The translations under genes were made by a program, and so were the position numbers. The notes under the pieces are model-generated. The model ran no database searches, was not told the DNA's origin, and saw only the letters and a program-made list of their open reading frames with translations. Positions 28,966 to 38,850 of a stretch of 64,000 bases of DNA are shown in pieces; the first letter of the stretch is position 1; each line of letters starts with the position of its first letter. Source of the DNA: an uncultured Beijerinckiaceae bacterium (GTDB taxonomy: Bacteria > Pseudomonadota > Alphaproteobacteria > Rhizobiales > Beijerinckiaceae); assembly GCA_964243435.1 (NCBI GenBank), contig CAXTFM010000002.1:10021-74020 (forward strand), written 5' to 3'.

Positions 28966-29613
28966 ATGGCAACCGGGACGGCGACCATCCAGAACGACGA
29001 CCACGGCGGCACCGGGACCGGGGTCACCCGAGCCCCCGATCTCCGCGCCCCCGACCGGGAGAGCGCGCGCGATGACGAGCCGACGCCGATGCGGTTGTTC
29101 CTCGCCTTCGGCCGCATCGGCTTGACGAGCTTCGGCGGCGGTCTCAGCGGCTGGCTGCTCCGTGAATTCGTCCAAGCCCGCAGGTGGATCAGCGAGGAGG
29201 ACTTCCTCAACGGCCTCTCGCTCTCGCAGGCGTTGCCCGGCGTCAACGTGACCAACATGGCGATCTGGATCGGTTACCGGCTGCTCGGGCTGCGCGGTGC
29301 CGTGGCCGGCCTGTGCGGCATCATCGTGCCCGCGGCGATGCTGATCGTGCTGATCGGCGCCCTGTTCGAGCGGCTGAACCAGTTCGCCTTGACGCGTCCC
29401 GCGCTGGACGGGGCGGCGGCGGCGGCCATCGGCCTGTCGCTGTCGATGGGCGTCACGGTGGCGCGGCGCGTGCCGCGACGGGCGGCGGCGGTCGCCGGCA
29501 TGGCCGCGACCTTCGTCGCGGTGGCCTTCCTGCACCTGCCGCTGGTCTGGGTCGTGGTGGTCGTCGGCGCGCTCAGCATCGGATGGGAATACCATCGCCT
29601 CGGCAGGCGCTGA
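28966..29613 (+). CDS. Short-chain chromate transporter (ChrA family), subunit 1
   Basis: RIGLTSFGGG, WISEEDFLNGLSLSQALPG.N motifs. Start may be a later ATG. Confidence 0.88.
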   Translation: MATGTATIQNDDHGGTGTGVTRAPDLRAPDRESARDDEPTPMRLFLAFGRIGLTSFGGGLSGWLLREFVQARRWISEEDFLNGLSLSQALPGVNVTNMAIWIGYRLLGLRGAVAGLCGIIVPAAMLIVLIGALFERLNQFALTRPALDGAAAAAIGLSLSMGVTVARRVPRRAAAVAGMAATFVAVAFLHLPLVWVVVVVGALSIGWEYHRLGRR

Positions 29614-29617
29614 CGCC

Positions 29618-30154
29618 GTGGAAAAGTCGCTCGCAGCGCTGGTGACGGTGTTCGTGCCCTTGTCGCTCGTCACCATCGGGGGCGGCCAGGCGGTTGTGGC
29701 CGACATCCAGCGCCAGGTCGTCGACGTGCACGGCTGGATGACGACGCAGCAGTTCCTGACCGACTTCGCGATCTCCCGCATGGCGCCCGGGCCGGGGACG
29801 CTGCTCGTGACGCTGATCGGCTGGCAGGTCGCGGGGCCCTGGGGTGCCCTGACGGCGACGCTCGCCATCTTCATGCCGACGGCGATCCTGATCTATGGCG
29901 TTGCGCGCCTTTGGGCGCGCTACAAGGGCGCGCGGTGGCAGCTGGCGCTCGAAGGCGGGCTCCGCCCCGTCGCGGCCGGGATGATCCTGGCGGCGGTCTT
30001 CGTGCTGATGCGCTCGCTCGACGGCGGCTGGCCCGCGCGCGGGCTTGCCCTGGCGTCGACGGGGGCGCTCCTCGTCAGCCGCATCAACCCGCTCGCCCTG
30101 CTCGCCTGCGGCGCCACCGTGTTCGTGGCCGCGCGGCAGCTTGGCTTGGCGTGA
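29618..30154 (+). CDS. Short-chain chromate transporter (ChrA family), subunit 2
   Basis: LVTIGGG, QVVDVHGWMT..QF...FAISRMAPGP; 4 nt after subunit 1. Confidence 0.88.
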   Translation: MEKSLAALVTVFVPLSLVTIGGGQAVVADIQRQVVDVHGWMTTQQFLTDFAISRMAPGPGTLLVTLIGWQVAGPWGALTATLAIFMPTAILIYGVARLWARYKGARWQLALEGGLRPVAAGMILAAVFVLMRSLDGGWPARGLALASTGALLVSRINPLALLACGATVFVAARQLGLA

Positions 30155-30272
30155 GGGCCGCGTCGTCGCCGACCGATGGCGCCGGGCGGCCCGCTGGATG
30201 GATCAAGGATGACGCGCGACGCGCCAGGAGCGGGATCGCGCCGGTCGGTGGTAGCAGCGAGGGTGAACCATC

Positions 30273-31376
30273 ATGAAGCTTTCGGGCCTGCGGGTCGTCG
30301 ACCTGACCTCGTTCCTGCCGGGGCCGTACATGACGATGGCGATGGCGGATCACGGGGCGGAGGTCATCAAGGTCGAAGCCCCCGGCGGCGACCTCGGGCG
30401 GGGCATCGGCCCGCTCGACGGCGACGCTTCCGTCGTGTTCCGCAACGTCAACCGCGGCAAGAAAAGCGTCGCGCTCGACCTCAAGACGCCGGCCGGCCTC
30501 GACGCCCTCGAAGCGCTGTGCAGGTCGGCCGACGTGTTCGTGGAAGGCTTCCGTCCCGGCGTCGCCGGGCGGCTGGGCGTCGCCTACCACCATGTGAAGG
30601 CCTGGAACCCCCGCATCGTGTACTGTTCCATCAGCGCCTTCGGCCAGGACGGTCCCTATGCCCATCGCCCCGCCCATGACCTCGCCGTCGAGGCGCTGAG
30701 CGGCGCGCTCAGCGTCACCCTGGGGGCGGACGACGCGCCGGCGATACCCGGCGTCCCCGCCGCGGACATCCTTGCCGGCCTGCAGGGCCTGTCGGGCGTG
30801 CTCATGGCGCTGCTTCGCCGGGAAAGGACGGGCGAGGGCGATTACCTCGACATCTCGATGCACGATGCCATGGTGTCGGCCTGCGCCAACGTCCTCGGCC
30901 CGGCGATGGCGGAGAAGCGTCAGCAGGTCGCCAAGCACGAGCGCACGACCGGCGGCGCGGCGTTCTATCGCCTGTACGGGACCAGGGACGGGCGCCACCT
31001 CGCCCTCGCCGGCCAGGAGGAGAAGTTCGTCCGCACCCTGCTCGGGCGACTGGGACGGCCCGACCTCGTCGCGCCGTGCCTGCGCGGGCCGGGTCCGCAC
31101 CAGGCCGAGGTCATGACCTTCTTCGAAACGCTGTTCGCCTCCAGGACGCTGGCCGAATGGACGGAGATCCTTGCCGGCATGGATGTCTGCTTCGGACCGG
31201 TGCAGACGTTTCCGGAAGCGCTGGCGGACGCGCATCTCCAGGCGCGCGGCATGCTGCTTCGCGACGAGGCGGGCCGGGTGCATCTCGCGTCGCCGATCCG
31301 TTTCGCGGCCGAGCCGGCGCAGCCGGACCTTTCCGTCCCCGCCCTGGGACAGCACAACGGCATGGTCGACAGCTAG
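30273..31376 (+). CDS. CaiB/BaiF (family III) CoA transferase
   Basis: VVDLTSFLPGP, VIKVE.PGGD, NRGKKSVALDLK, EGFRPGV, ISAFGQDGPY, HDL. Confidence 0.93.
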   Translation: MKLSGLRVVDLTSFLPGPYMTMAMADHGAEVIKVEAPGGDLGRGIGPLDGDASVVFRNVNRGKKSVALDLKTPAGLDALEALCRSADVFVEGFRPGVAGRLGVAYHHVKAWNPRIVYCSISAFGQDGPYAHRPAHDLAVEALSGALSVTLGADDAPAIPGVPAADILAGLQGLSGVLMALLRRERTGEGDYLDISMHDAMVSACANVLGPAMAEKRQQVAKHERTTGGAAFYRLYGTRDGRHLALAGQEEKFVRTLLGRLGRPDLVAPCLRGPGPHQAEVMTFFETLFASRTLAEWTEILAGMDVCFGPVQTFPEALADAHLQARGMLLRDEAGRVHLASPIRFAAEPAQPDLSVPALGQHNGMVDS

Positions 31377-31444
31377 GCGCACCGCTGCGAAGACGCTGCC
31401 GCGCGCTCCCGTTCGCGAACGGTCGTCGCGGAACGGAACTCGAC

Positions 31445-32254
31445 ATGCACGATGGAGGACGCGTGGGCAGGCAATGCTGCAAGGGCTGGAGGGGACGTGT
31501 CGGGGCTTTCGTCCTGTGCGCCGTCCTGACCGCAGGCGCGGGCCGCGCCATGGCGGACGACGTGCGCGTGCTTGCGACCGGCGTCTTCGCGACGAGCCTG
31601 CGTGACCTCCACGCCGCCTTCGCGGCGAGCGGCGGAACGGGGTTCCAGGCGACGATCGGCAACGCCGGCCAGGTCCATGCCAAGCTCATGGCCGGCGCCC
31701 CGGCCGACGTGGTGATGACCTCCTCCTCCGGCGTGGACGCCCTCGTGCGGGAGGGGACACTCGATGCCGGGAGCAGGGTGGAGATCGGGCGCATGCGGCT
31801 CGGCCTCGCCGTCCGCGACGGCGCTCCGATGCCCGACGCCACGACGCGCGACCGTGTCCGCGCGCTGTTCCTCGCCGCGCCAGCCGTCGCCTATGTCGAT
31901 CCCCGCGGCGGCGCGACGGCCGGTGCCTTCGCCGAACGGGTCTTCGACCTGCTCGGCATCGCTGATGCCGTTCACGGGAAGTCGGTCCTTTGCGACGACG
32001 GCGCCGAAGTGGTGGCAGCCCTGACGTCGGGCCGCGCGACGCTTGGCATGACGCAGGCAAGCGAGATCCTCGGGGCACCCGGCGTGGCCTTCGCCGGTTT
32101 CCTGCCCGAGCCGCTGAATTCGGTGTCGACCTATGCCGCTGCGGCAGTGCTGCGGGCACAACCTTCGGCCGCCGCGACCTTTCTGCGATTCATGACGAGT
32201 CCCCCGGCCGTCGAGCGGCTGCGACGTGCCGGGTGGGACGTGACGGGACGGTGA
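31445..32254 (+). CDS. ModA-like periplasmic substrate-binding protein
   Basis: Signal-like VLCAVLTAGAGRAMA, ADVV, LGLAVRDGAP.PD, AYVDP..GATAG, GMTQASEI. No cognate permease nearby. Confidence 0.78.
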   Translation: MHDGGRVGRQCCKGWRGRVGAFVLCAVLTAGAGRAMADDVRVLATGVFATSLRDLHAAFAASGGTGFQATIGNAGQVHAKLMAGAPADVVMTSSSGVDALVREGTLDAGSRVEIGRMRLGLAVRDGAPMPDATTRDRVRALFLAAPAVAYVDPRGGATAGAFAERVFDLLGIADAVHGKSVLCDDGAEVVAALTSGRATLGMTQASEILGAPGVAFAGFLPEPLNSVSTYAAAAVLRAQPSAAATFLRFMTSPPAVERLRRAGWDVTGR

Positions 32255-32351
32255 GCGCCGCGGCGATGGCAACGGACGGCAAACGCCGCCGCTCGCCAAA
32301 TCGGTGCGGCTCCGATAGTGTCGCTACGACTCAACGCCCGAGTGCCCGACG

Positions 32352-34427
32352 ATGGCCGACCTTCGCGGCTCCGTCTGCCCGCATGATTGCCCGAGCACCT
32401 GCGCGCTCGACGTGGAGGTGCTCGACCACCACACGATCGGCGCGGTGCGCGGCGCCGACAATCCCTACACGGGCGGCGTGATCTGCAACAAGGTGGCGCG
32501 CTACGCCGAGCGGGTGCACCACCCCGACCGGCTGCTGCACCCGATGCTGCGCGACGGCGCCAAAGGCGGCGGGCGGTTCCGCCGCATTCGCTGGGACGAG
32601 GCGCTGGACCGCGTCGTCGCCGCCATCGACGCGGCCACGGCGCGGCACGGGGCCGAGGCGGTGTGGCCCTACAGCTCGGCCGGCACCATGGGGCTGGTCA
32701 ACCGTGACGGCATCTTCCGGCTGCGCCACGCCATGCGCTGGTCGGGGCGCAAGGGCACGATCTGCAGCGCCATCGCCACCGCCGGCTGGACGGCGGGCTG
32801 CGGCCGGGTCAGCGGCAGCGACCCGCGCGAGATGGCGGTGGCCGACCTCAACGTGCTGTGGGGCACCAACCCGGTGTCGACGCAGGTCAACGTGATGGCC
32901 CACGTCACCCGCGCCCGCAAGGAGCGCGGCGCCAAGCTGGTTGTGATCGACCCCTACCGGACCGGCACGGCCGCCGCGGCCGACCTCCACCTCGCGCTCC
33001 GCCCCGGCACGGACGCGGCGCTGGCCTGCGCCGTGATGCACTGCGCCTTCCGCGACGGCCACGCCGACCGTGCCTACATGGCGAGCCACACCGACGACCC
33101 CGCCGCGCTCGAAGCCCACCTCGCGACCCGCGGCCCCGATTGGGCGGCCGGCATCACCGGCCTCGCCGCGGCGGAGATCGAGGGGTTCGCGCGCCTCTAC
33201 AACGCGACGCCGCGCGCCTACATCCGCGCCGGCTACGGCTTCACGCGCGGGCGTAACGGCGCAGCCTCCATGCACGCGGTGACCTGCCTGCCGGCGGTGA
33301 CCGGCAAGTGGCGCCACGAGGGCGGCGGCGCCCTGTGGGGCATGAAGGGCATCTACCGCTGGGACCGCTCGCTGATCGAGGGCACCGCCTTCCGCGACCC
33401 GAGCGTGCGCGAGCTCGACATGAGCCGCATCGCCAGCATCCTCACCGGCGATGCCGACGCGCTGATGGGCGGCCCGCCTGTCGCCGTGCTGCTGGTGCAG
33501 GGCGGCAACCCCGCTTCCGTGTGCCCGGACGGCAACCGCGTCCGCGCCGGCCTGATGCGCGACGACCTGTTCACCGTGGTCCACGAGCAGTTCGTGACGG
33601 AAACGGCCCGCTACGCCGACCTGCTGCTGCCGGCGACCATGTTCCTGGAGCACGACGACATCTACCAGGCCGGCGGCCACACCCACATCCAGATCGGGCG
33701 GCAGGTCATCCAGCCGCCGGGCGAGGCGCGCTCCAACCACGATCTGGTCTGCGCGCTGGCGCAGCGCTTCGGGCTCGACCACCACACCTTCCGCATGAGC
33801 GGGCTCGAACTCGCCGACGCCACGCTGCGCGCGTCCGGCTACCCCGGCGCCGCGGAGCTGACCGAGCGGCGCTGGGTCGACGTGCAGCTGCCGTTCCGCG
33901 AGGCGCACTTCCTCGACGGCTTCGCCCACCCCGACGGCCGGTTCCGCTTCAAGGCGGACTGGCGTGCGCTCGGCGACAAGGACGGCGCGCTGCCGCCGCT
34001 GCCGGACTGGACGCCGCTGATGGACCACGCCACCCCCGAGCGACCATTGCGCCTCGTGACGGCGCCGGCGCGGCAGTTCCTCAACTCGACCTTCACGGAA
34101 ACGCCGACGGCGCGCCGGCGCGGCGGGCGGCCTGAGGCGCTGATCGCGCCGGAGGACGGCGCCCGCTTCGGGGTCGCGGACGGCGCCCTCGCGCGGCTCG
34201 GCAACGGCCGCGGCGAGGTGGTGCTCCACGCCCGGCACGTCGACGGGCAGGCCGCCGGCGTGGTGGTGGTCGAGAGCCTCTGGCCGGCCGACAGCTTCGG
34301 CGGCGACGGTTCCGGCATCAACGTCCTGACCAGCGACGAGCCGGCGCTGCCTGCGGGCGGCGCGGTGTTCCACGACACGGCGGTGTGGATGCGGCCCGAG
34401 GCAGCGGCGCTGGCCGCGGCGGAGTAG
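32352..34427 (+). CDS. Molybdopterin oxidoreductase (DMSO reductase superfamily, cytoplasmic)
   Basis: CPHDCPSTC...C Fe-S motif, AGTMG, TICS, LWGTNP, LRPGTD.ALA, ETARYADLLLPAT.FLE, FLNSTF; no Tat signal. Confidence 0.92.
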   Translation: MADLRGSVCPHDCPSTCALDVEVLDHHTIGAVRGADNPYTGGVICNKVARYAERVHHPDRLLHPMLRDGAKGGGRFRRIRWDEALDRVVAAIDAATARHGAEAVWPYSSAGTMGLVNRDGIFRLRHAMRWSGRKGTICSAIATAGWTAGCGRVSGSDPREMAVADLNVLWGTNPVSTQVNVMAHVTRARKERGAKLVVIDPYRTGTAAAADLHLALRPGTDAALACAVMHCAFRDGHADRAYMASHTDDPAALEAHLATRGPDWAAGITGLAAAEIEGFARLYNATPRAYIRAGYGFTRGRNGAASMHAVTCLPAVTGKWRHEGGGALWGMKGIYRWDRSLIEGTAFRDPSVRELDMSRIASILTGDADALMGGPPVAVLLVQGGNPASVCPDGNRVRAGLMRDDLFTVVHEQFVTETARYADLLLPATMFLEHDDIYQAGGHTHIQIGRQVIQPPGEARSNHDLVCALAQRFGLDHHTFRMSGLELADATLRASGYPGAAELTERRWVDVQLPFREAHFLDGFAHPDGRFRFKADWRALGDKDGALPPLPDWTPLMDHATPERPLRLVTAPARQFLNSTFTETPTARRRGGRPEALIAPEDGARFGVADGALARLGNGRGEVVLHARHVDGQAAGVVVVESLWPADSFGGDGSGINVLTSDEPALPAGGAVFHDTAVWMRPEAAALAAAE

Positions 34428-34430
34428 CCG

Positions 34431-34679
34431 TCACGCCGCCCGGCCGGCCGGTGTGTGGAGGTGCTTGGCGACGACCACCGCGCGCCACAGCGTGTTCTCG
34501 TCGCGGCAGTGCGGGCAGGGCGGCAGCACCGCGTCGCCGAGGTGGACGTCCTCGCCCTCGCAGCGCTGGCACTGGTAGATGCCCGCCGGCCCGGCCCTGC
34601 CGCCGACCGGGTGCCCGATCGCGAAAAGGGGGTTCGCCGGATCGATCCTGACGATGCCGATGTCGCGCGCGACGGCCAT
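34431..34679 (-). CDS. Small zinc-ribbon-like protein
   Basis: GIYQCQRC...LPPCPHC...W, two CxxC pairs; 82 aa. Confidence 0.65.
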   Translation of the reverse strand: MAVARDIGIVRIDPANPLFAIGHPVGGRAGPAGIYQCQRCEGEDVHLGDAVLPPCPHCRDENTLWRAVVVAKHLHTPAGRAA

Positions 34680-34874
34680 GACCTGTTCCCCGCTCTCGGT
34701 GCCGCGGTAGCGGCGAGACCTTTGTGTCGGCGCGCCGTCCCGCGACGGTACCGCTGCCCATTATGGGACGGCGCCGCCCGACAATCGATGAGTGTGCAGC
34801 GGGGACAGACGGCGATCGTGCCGGCGGCTATAGTCAGGCGTTGCCCACCCGGACCCCGGCACCCGAGGACACGC

Positions 34875-35657
34875 ATGGCCCATCCCGTCGCCGCCCCGCA
34901 CGGCCAAGAAGCGCCGCGCCGCAACGCGCCCTACGACACGCGCGCGCTGCGCGTCGACCTCGCCGCCACCCTACGCCTCGCCGCGCGCCACGGGCTGGAG
35001 GAGGGTATCTGCAACCACTTCTCCGCCACCCTGCCGGAGCGGCCCGACCTGTTCCTGGTCAACCCTTACGGACTCGCCTTCCGCGAGGTCACCGCGTCGA
35101 GCCTGCTGCTGTGCGACTTCGACGGCCACGTGCTGGAGGGCGAGGGTGCGCCGGAGGCGACCGCCTTCCATATCCACGCCCGGCTGCACAAGGCCAAGCC
35201 GCGCGCGCGGGTGGCCTTCCACACCCACATGCCCTACGCCACCGCGCTGGCGATGCTGGACGGCCCGCCGCTGCTGTGGGCCGGGCAGACGGCGCTACGC
35301 TTCTTCGGCCGCGTCGCGGTGGACGAGGACTACAACGGCCTGGCGCTCGACGAGCGCGAGGGCGACCGCATCGCCGCCGCGACCGGCGACGCCGATGTCG
35401 TGTTCATGAAGAACCACGGGGTGATGGTGCTCGGCGCCAGCGTCGCGGAAGCCTGGGACGACCTGTACTACCTCGAGCGGGCGGCGCAGGCGCAGGTGCT
35501 GGCGCTCGGCACCGGGCGCCCGCTGAAGATCGTGCCCGAGGCGGTGGCGCGCCGGGTCGCGGCGCAGGAGGCGGCGGGCCGTGCGGAAAGCGCGCGGCTC
35601 CACCTCGCCGCCGCCAAGCGCACCCTGGCGCGCGAGGAAGGGGACTACCTCGCCTAG
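34875..35657 (+). CDS. Class II aldolase/adducin family protein
   Basis: EGICNHFS, FLVNPYG, AFHIH, FHTHMPYATAL, MKNHGV, LYYLERA. ATG 34875 with GAGG RBS. Confidence 0.9.
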   Translation: MAHPVAAPHGQEAPRRNAPYDTRALRVDLAATLRLAARHGLEEGICNHFSATLPERPDLFLVNPYGLAFREVTASSLLLCDFDGHVLEGEGAPEATAFHIHARLHKAKPRARVAFHTHMPYATALAMLDGPPLLWAGQTALRFFGRVAVDEDYNGLALDEREGDRIAAATGDADVVFMKNHGVMVLGASVAEAWDDLYYLERAAQAQVLALGTGRPLKIVPEAVARRVAAQEAAGRAESARLHLAAAKRTLAREEGDYLA

Positions 35658-36595
35658 TATCCGCGCGCCGGGTCGACCGGCTGCGGCACCCGCCCGGTGG
35701 CGCGATAGGCGCGCAGGTTCGCCGCGACGGTGCGCGCGGCGGCGACCGCGTCGGTCGGCGCGGTGACGTGCGGCAGCACGGTCACGCCGGGGTGGCGCCA
35801 CAGCGGCGACTCCGGCGGCAGCGGTTCGGCGTCGAACACGTCCAGCACCGCGTGCGACAGCTGTCCGGCGTCGAGCGCGGCGAGGAGGTCGGCCGTCGCC
35901 ACCACGGGCCCGCGGGCGACGTTGATGAGCGCCGCGCCGGGCTTCATCGCCGTGAAGCGGCTGGCGTCCAGCAGCCCATGCGTTTCAACGGTCAACGGCA
36001 GCAGGCAGACCACGATGTCGCTCGCCGCGAGCACAACGGCGAGGCCGTCCTCGCCGGCATGGGTGGCGACGGCCGGCAGCCGCTTCGGCGTGCGGCTCCA
36101 GCCGGCGACGTCGAAGCCGGCACCCGAGAGGCGCTCTGCCGCCGCGGCGCCCAGCGCCCCGAGCCCGAGCAGGCCCACGGTGAGGCTTGCCGGATGGCGG
36201 TAGGCGCGCTGGTGCCACGCGCCCTCGCGCTGCTGGCGGGCATAGGCCGGCATGTCGCGCTGGAGATAATAGGTCCAGGCGAGCACCGCCTCGGCCATGG
36301 TGCGCGCCATCTCGGCATCGACGAGGCGCACCACCGGCGGCGCGGCGGGGCCGAGTTCGGCGAGCACGCGCTCGACGCCGGCCCACAGGCTGTGCGCCCA
36401 GACGAGATTGGGCAGCGCCGCGACCTCAGCGGGGTCGGGGTTGGCGATCAGCGCGACCTCCACGGCGTCGCGTTCGGCGGCGTTCATGGCGCGCAGCGGG
36501 ACGAAGCGTTCGCCCGGCGCGGCATCGGCCAGCGCCGCAAGCCAATCACCTTCCTGGGCGGGCCGAAGCCCGATCAGCGCCAGCGCCGGAGGCAT
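35654..36595 (-). CDS. Glyoxylate/hydroxypyruvate reductase A-like 2-hydroxyacid dehydrogenase
   Basis: SLWAGVE, MAEAV, GLLGLGALG, GWSRTPK, LLPLT.ET, INVARG, LDVF..EPLP, VLPH. Confidence 0.9.
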   Translation of the reverse strand: MPPALALIGLRPAQEGDWLAALADAAPGERFVPLRAMNAAERDAVEVALIANPDPAEVAALPNLVWAHSLWAGVERVLAELGPAAPPVVRLVDAEMARTMAEAVLAWTYYLQRDMPAYARQQREGAWHQRAYRHPASLTVGLLGLGALGAAAAERLSGAGFDVAGWSRTPKRLPAVATHAGEDGLAVVLAASDIVVCLLPLTVETHGLLDASRFTAMKPGAALINVARGPVVATADLLAALDAGQLSHAVLDVFDAEPLPPESPLWRHPGVTVLPHVTAPTDAVAAARTVAANLRAYRATGRVPQPVDPARGY

Positions 36596-36681
36596 CGGCT
36601 TCTCCACATCCGTCGAGGCAGCGCACGTTCGTTCGTGCCGACGCAGGTGCATAGCACGGGCGTCGGTCCCGCGCCCGCGCC

Positions 36682-37275
36682 TCAGCCTTTGTAGACGCCT
36701 TCGGTCGGCAGGACGTCCTTGATGTAGTCGCGCCCCTTCCATTCCGGCACGGGCGGGGTGACGCCGGGGCGCGGCGGATTGGGGGAGCGCCGGTCATGGA
36801 CGAGGTCGGGCATGTAGCGCGGGCAGTTCGAGAAGATCTCGCATTCCACCCGCACCACCAGCTTGGCGCCGTGGTGCGCGGCGACCACGTCGGGGTCGTC
36901 GAGGATCGTCGCGCGTCCGTTCGCGCGAATGCGCCTGCCGCCGTCGAAGGGCGCGAAGAGCAGCCCGACATTGGGGTTCTTGGCGATGTTGCCGAGGCTG
37001 CGGAACATCAGGTTGCCGTCGTACTCCGGATATTCGAGCGTGCCCGGCCCGACGATGCGGATGAAGCCGGGATCGCCCGACTTCACGCTGCAATCGACGT
37101 AGTCCGCGTGGCTCGTCGCCAGGAAGAAGAAGCGAGCTTGCGCGATCCACGTCCGTTCCTCGTCCCAGAAGGCGTCGTGCTTGCGATGCTCGTCCAAGCG
37201 ATCGGCCACGTCCCGGCCGCCGAAGCGGTCCTGCAGGTCGCGCATGCCGTCGTGGTAGAAGGCGCGTGCCTCCAT
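36682..37275 (-). CDS. Pyridoxamine 5'-phosphate oxidase-like FMN-binding protein
   Basis: FFFLAT, DCSVKSGDPGF, YDGNLMFRSLGNI..NPNVGLLF, NCPRY. Confidence 0.85.
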   Translation of the reverse strand: MEARAFYHDGMRDLQDRFGGRDVADRLDEHRKHDAFWDEERTWIAQARFFFLATSHADYVDCSVKSGDPGFIRIVGPGTLEYPEYDGNLMFRSLGNIAKNPNVGLLFAPFDGGRRIRANGRATILDDPDVVAAHHGAKLVVRVECEIFSNCPRYMPDLVHDRRSPNPPRPGVTPPVPEWKGRDYIKDVLPTEGVYKG

Positions 37276-37288
37276 CGTTGCCCTCCGG

Positions 37289-37984
37289 TCAGCTTAAGGC
37301 AGCCTCAAGGCCGCTCGTTTCGTAGGCCCGCGCCATTTCCGGCGCGGTCAAAGCGGCGAGGAGGCGCGCCGCCGACTGCCCGTCGGCGGCGCCGCGCATC
37401 ACCGCGGCGGCGAAGGTCGTGACCTCCTGAACCGGCCCGGGGAAGGGCCCGACCACCTCGATGCCTGGCACCACCATCAGCTCGCTCATCTGCTGCACGG
37501 CGATGTCGGCCTCGCCCGAGACAAGCTTCTCCGCCGTGAAGCCGGAAGGGATCACCGTCGCCCTGGCGCGCACGGCCTCCGCGATGCCGAGGCGCGGCAG
37601 CAACGCGTCGAAATAGATGCCGCTGGCGCCGGTGCGCGAATACGCCACCGAGCGTGCCGCCGTCAGCGTCCGCACCAGCGCCTCCACCGTGTCGATCGAC
37701 GGGTGCGGCGCGCCGGCCTTGACGGCGATGGCGTAGCGCGACCGGCACACGTCGACGCGGCTTGCCGGGTCCACCAGTTCCGCGGCGACGAGTCGGTCCA
37801 TGGCGTCGGCGAGGACGAGCACGGCGTCGGCCCGTTCCCCTTCCTCGATGCGTCCCATGATGACGCTGGTCGGCGCCCAGTCGATCGCCACCGCGCCGCC
37901 CGCCCGCTCGTAGGCAGGGATCACGGCGGCGTCGAAGGCGCCCCTGACGACGAGGGCGCACATCAGGCGCACGGGCTGCATCAT
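37289..37984 (-). CDS. ModA-fold (substrate-binding-like) protein without signal peptide
   Basis: GERADAV, IAVKAGAPHPSI, VAYS..GASGIYF, GEADIAVQQMSEL. Start fixed by a GGAGG RBS and the upstream stop at 37998. Confidence 0.82.
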   Translation of the reverse strand: MMQPVRLMCALVVRGAFDAAVIPAYERAGGAVAIDWAPTSVIMGRIEEGERADAVLVLADAMDRLVAAELVDPASRVDVCRSRYAIAVKAGAPHPSIDTVEALVRTLTAARSVAYSRTGASGIYFDALLPRLGIAEAVRARATVIPSGFTAEKLVSGEADIAVQQMSELMVVPGIEVVGPFPGPVQEVTTFAAAVMRGAADGQSAARLLAALTAPEMARAYETSGLEAALS

Positions 37985-37997
37985 GCGTGGTCCTCCG

Positions 37998-38825
37998 TCA
38001 TCGCGGCGCCATCCGCGAATAGTCCGTCGCGCAATAGCCGCCGCCCTGGTAGCGCTCGGCGACGGGGTTGCCGCTCGTCCTGCCGGCGAGGCGGTCGGCG
38101 TAGGCGTCGGCGCTGTCCGTCGGCGCCCAGCCCAGCACGTCGCGGCCGTCGCTGCCCCACCACGTCATCCGGCTGTTCTTCGACGCGCCGAACACCACGA
38201 GGCAGCCGTCCGGTCCCGTGCTTTCCGCCAGCGTGCTGCGCGCGACGAGGCGGGTGAGGTCGCCGTAGGACAGCCAGGTGGCCAGCATGCGGTCGTCGAT
38301 CGGCTCGGGGATGCACGATCCGATGCGCAGGAACACGCTCTCCACCCCGTGCTTGTCCCAGTACAGACGGCCCATCATCTCGCCATAGGCCTTGCTCAGG
38401 CCGTAGTAGCAGTCGGGGCGCAGCGGCGCGGCGTCGTCGATCGCGCTTGCCCGCTCGTGGAAGCCGATGGCGTGGTTGGAGGAGGCGAACACCATGCGCG
38501 CGCCCTCGCGCCGCGCCGCCTCGTAGGCGTGGTAGAGCCCGCGGATGTTTGGCCCGATCACCGTCTCGAAGGGCTGGTCCACCGCGACGCCGCCGAAATG
38601 GACGACCGTGCCGCAACCCTCGGCCAGGCGCAGGATGGCGGCGCCGTCGTTGAGGTCGGCGAGGGTGAAGCGGCAGCCGGCGGGAATGGGACCGGGAAAC
38701 GGCACCTTGTCTGTGAGGCGCAGCGCCCAGCCCTGCGCGGCGAAGGCCTCCGCCAGCACCCGGCCGAGCGCCCCCGACGCGCCCGTCAGCAGCACCGGCC
38801 GTTGCGGCGCTTCGGCTTCGCTCAT
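37998..38825 (-). CDS. udh: Uronate dehydrogenase-like NAD-dependent epimerase/dehydrogenase
   Basis: LTGASGALG, HFGG, FASSNHAIGF, RPDCYYGLSKAYGE, RIGSC.PEP...RMLATWLS, YQGG; resembles known Udh enzymes. Confidence 0.8.
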   Translation of the reverse strand: MSEAEAPQRPVLLTGASGALGRVLAEAFAAQGWALRLTDKVPFPGPIPAGCRFTLADLNDGAAILRLAEGCGTVVHFGGVAVDQPFETVIGPNIRGLYHAYEAARREGARMVFASSNHAIGFHERASAIDDAAPLRPDCYYGLSKAYGEMMGRLYWDKHGVESVFLRIGSCIPEPIDDRMLATWLSYGDLTRLVARSTLAESTGPDGCLVVFGASKNSRMTWWGSDGRDVLGWAPTDSADAYADRLAGRTSGNPVAERYQGGGYCATDYSRMAPR

Positions 38826-38850
38826 GGCTTGGACTCCCGTTCGGTCGGCG

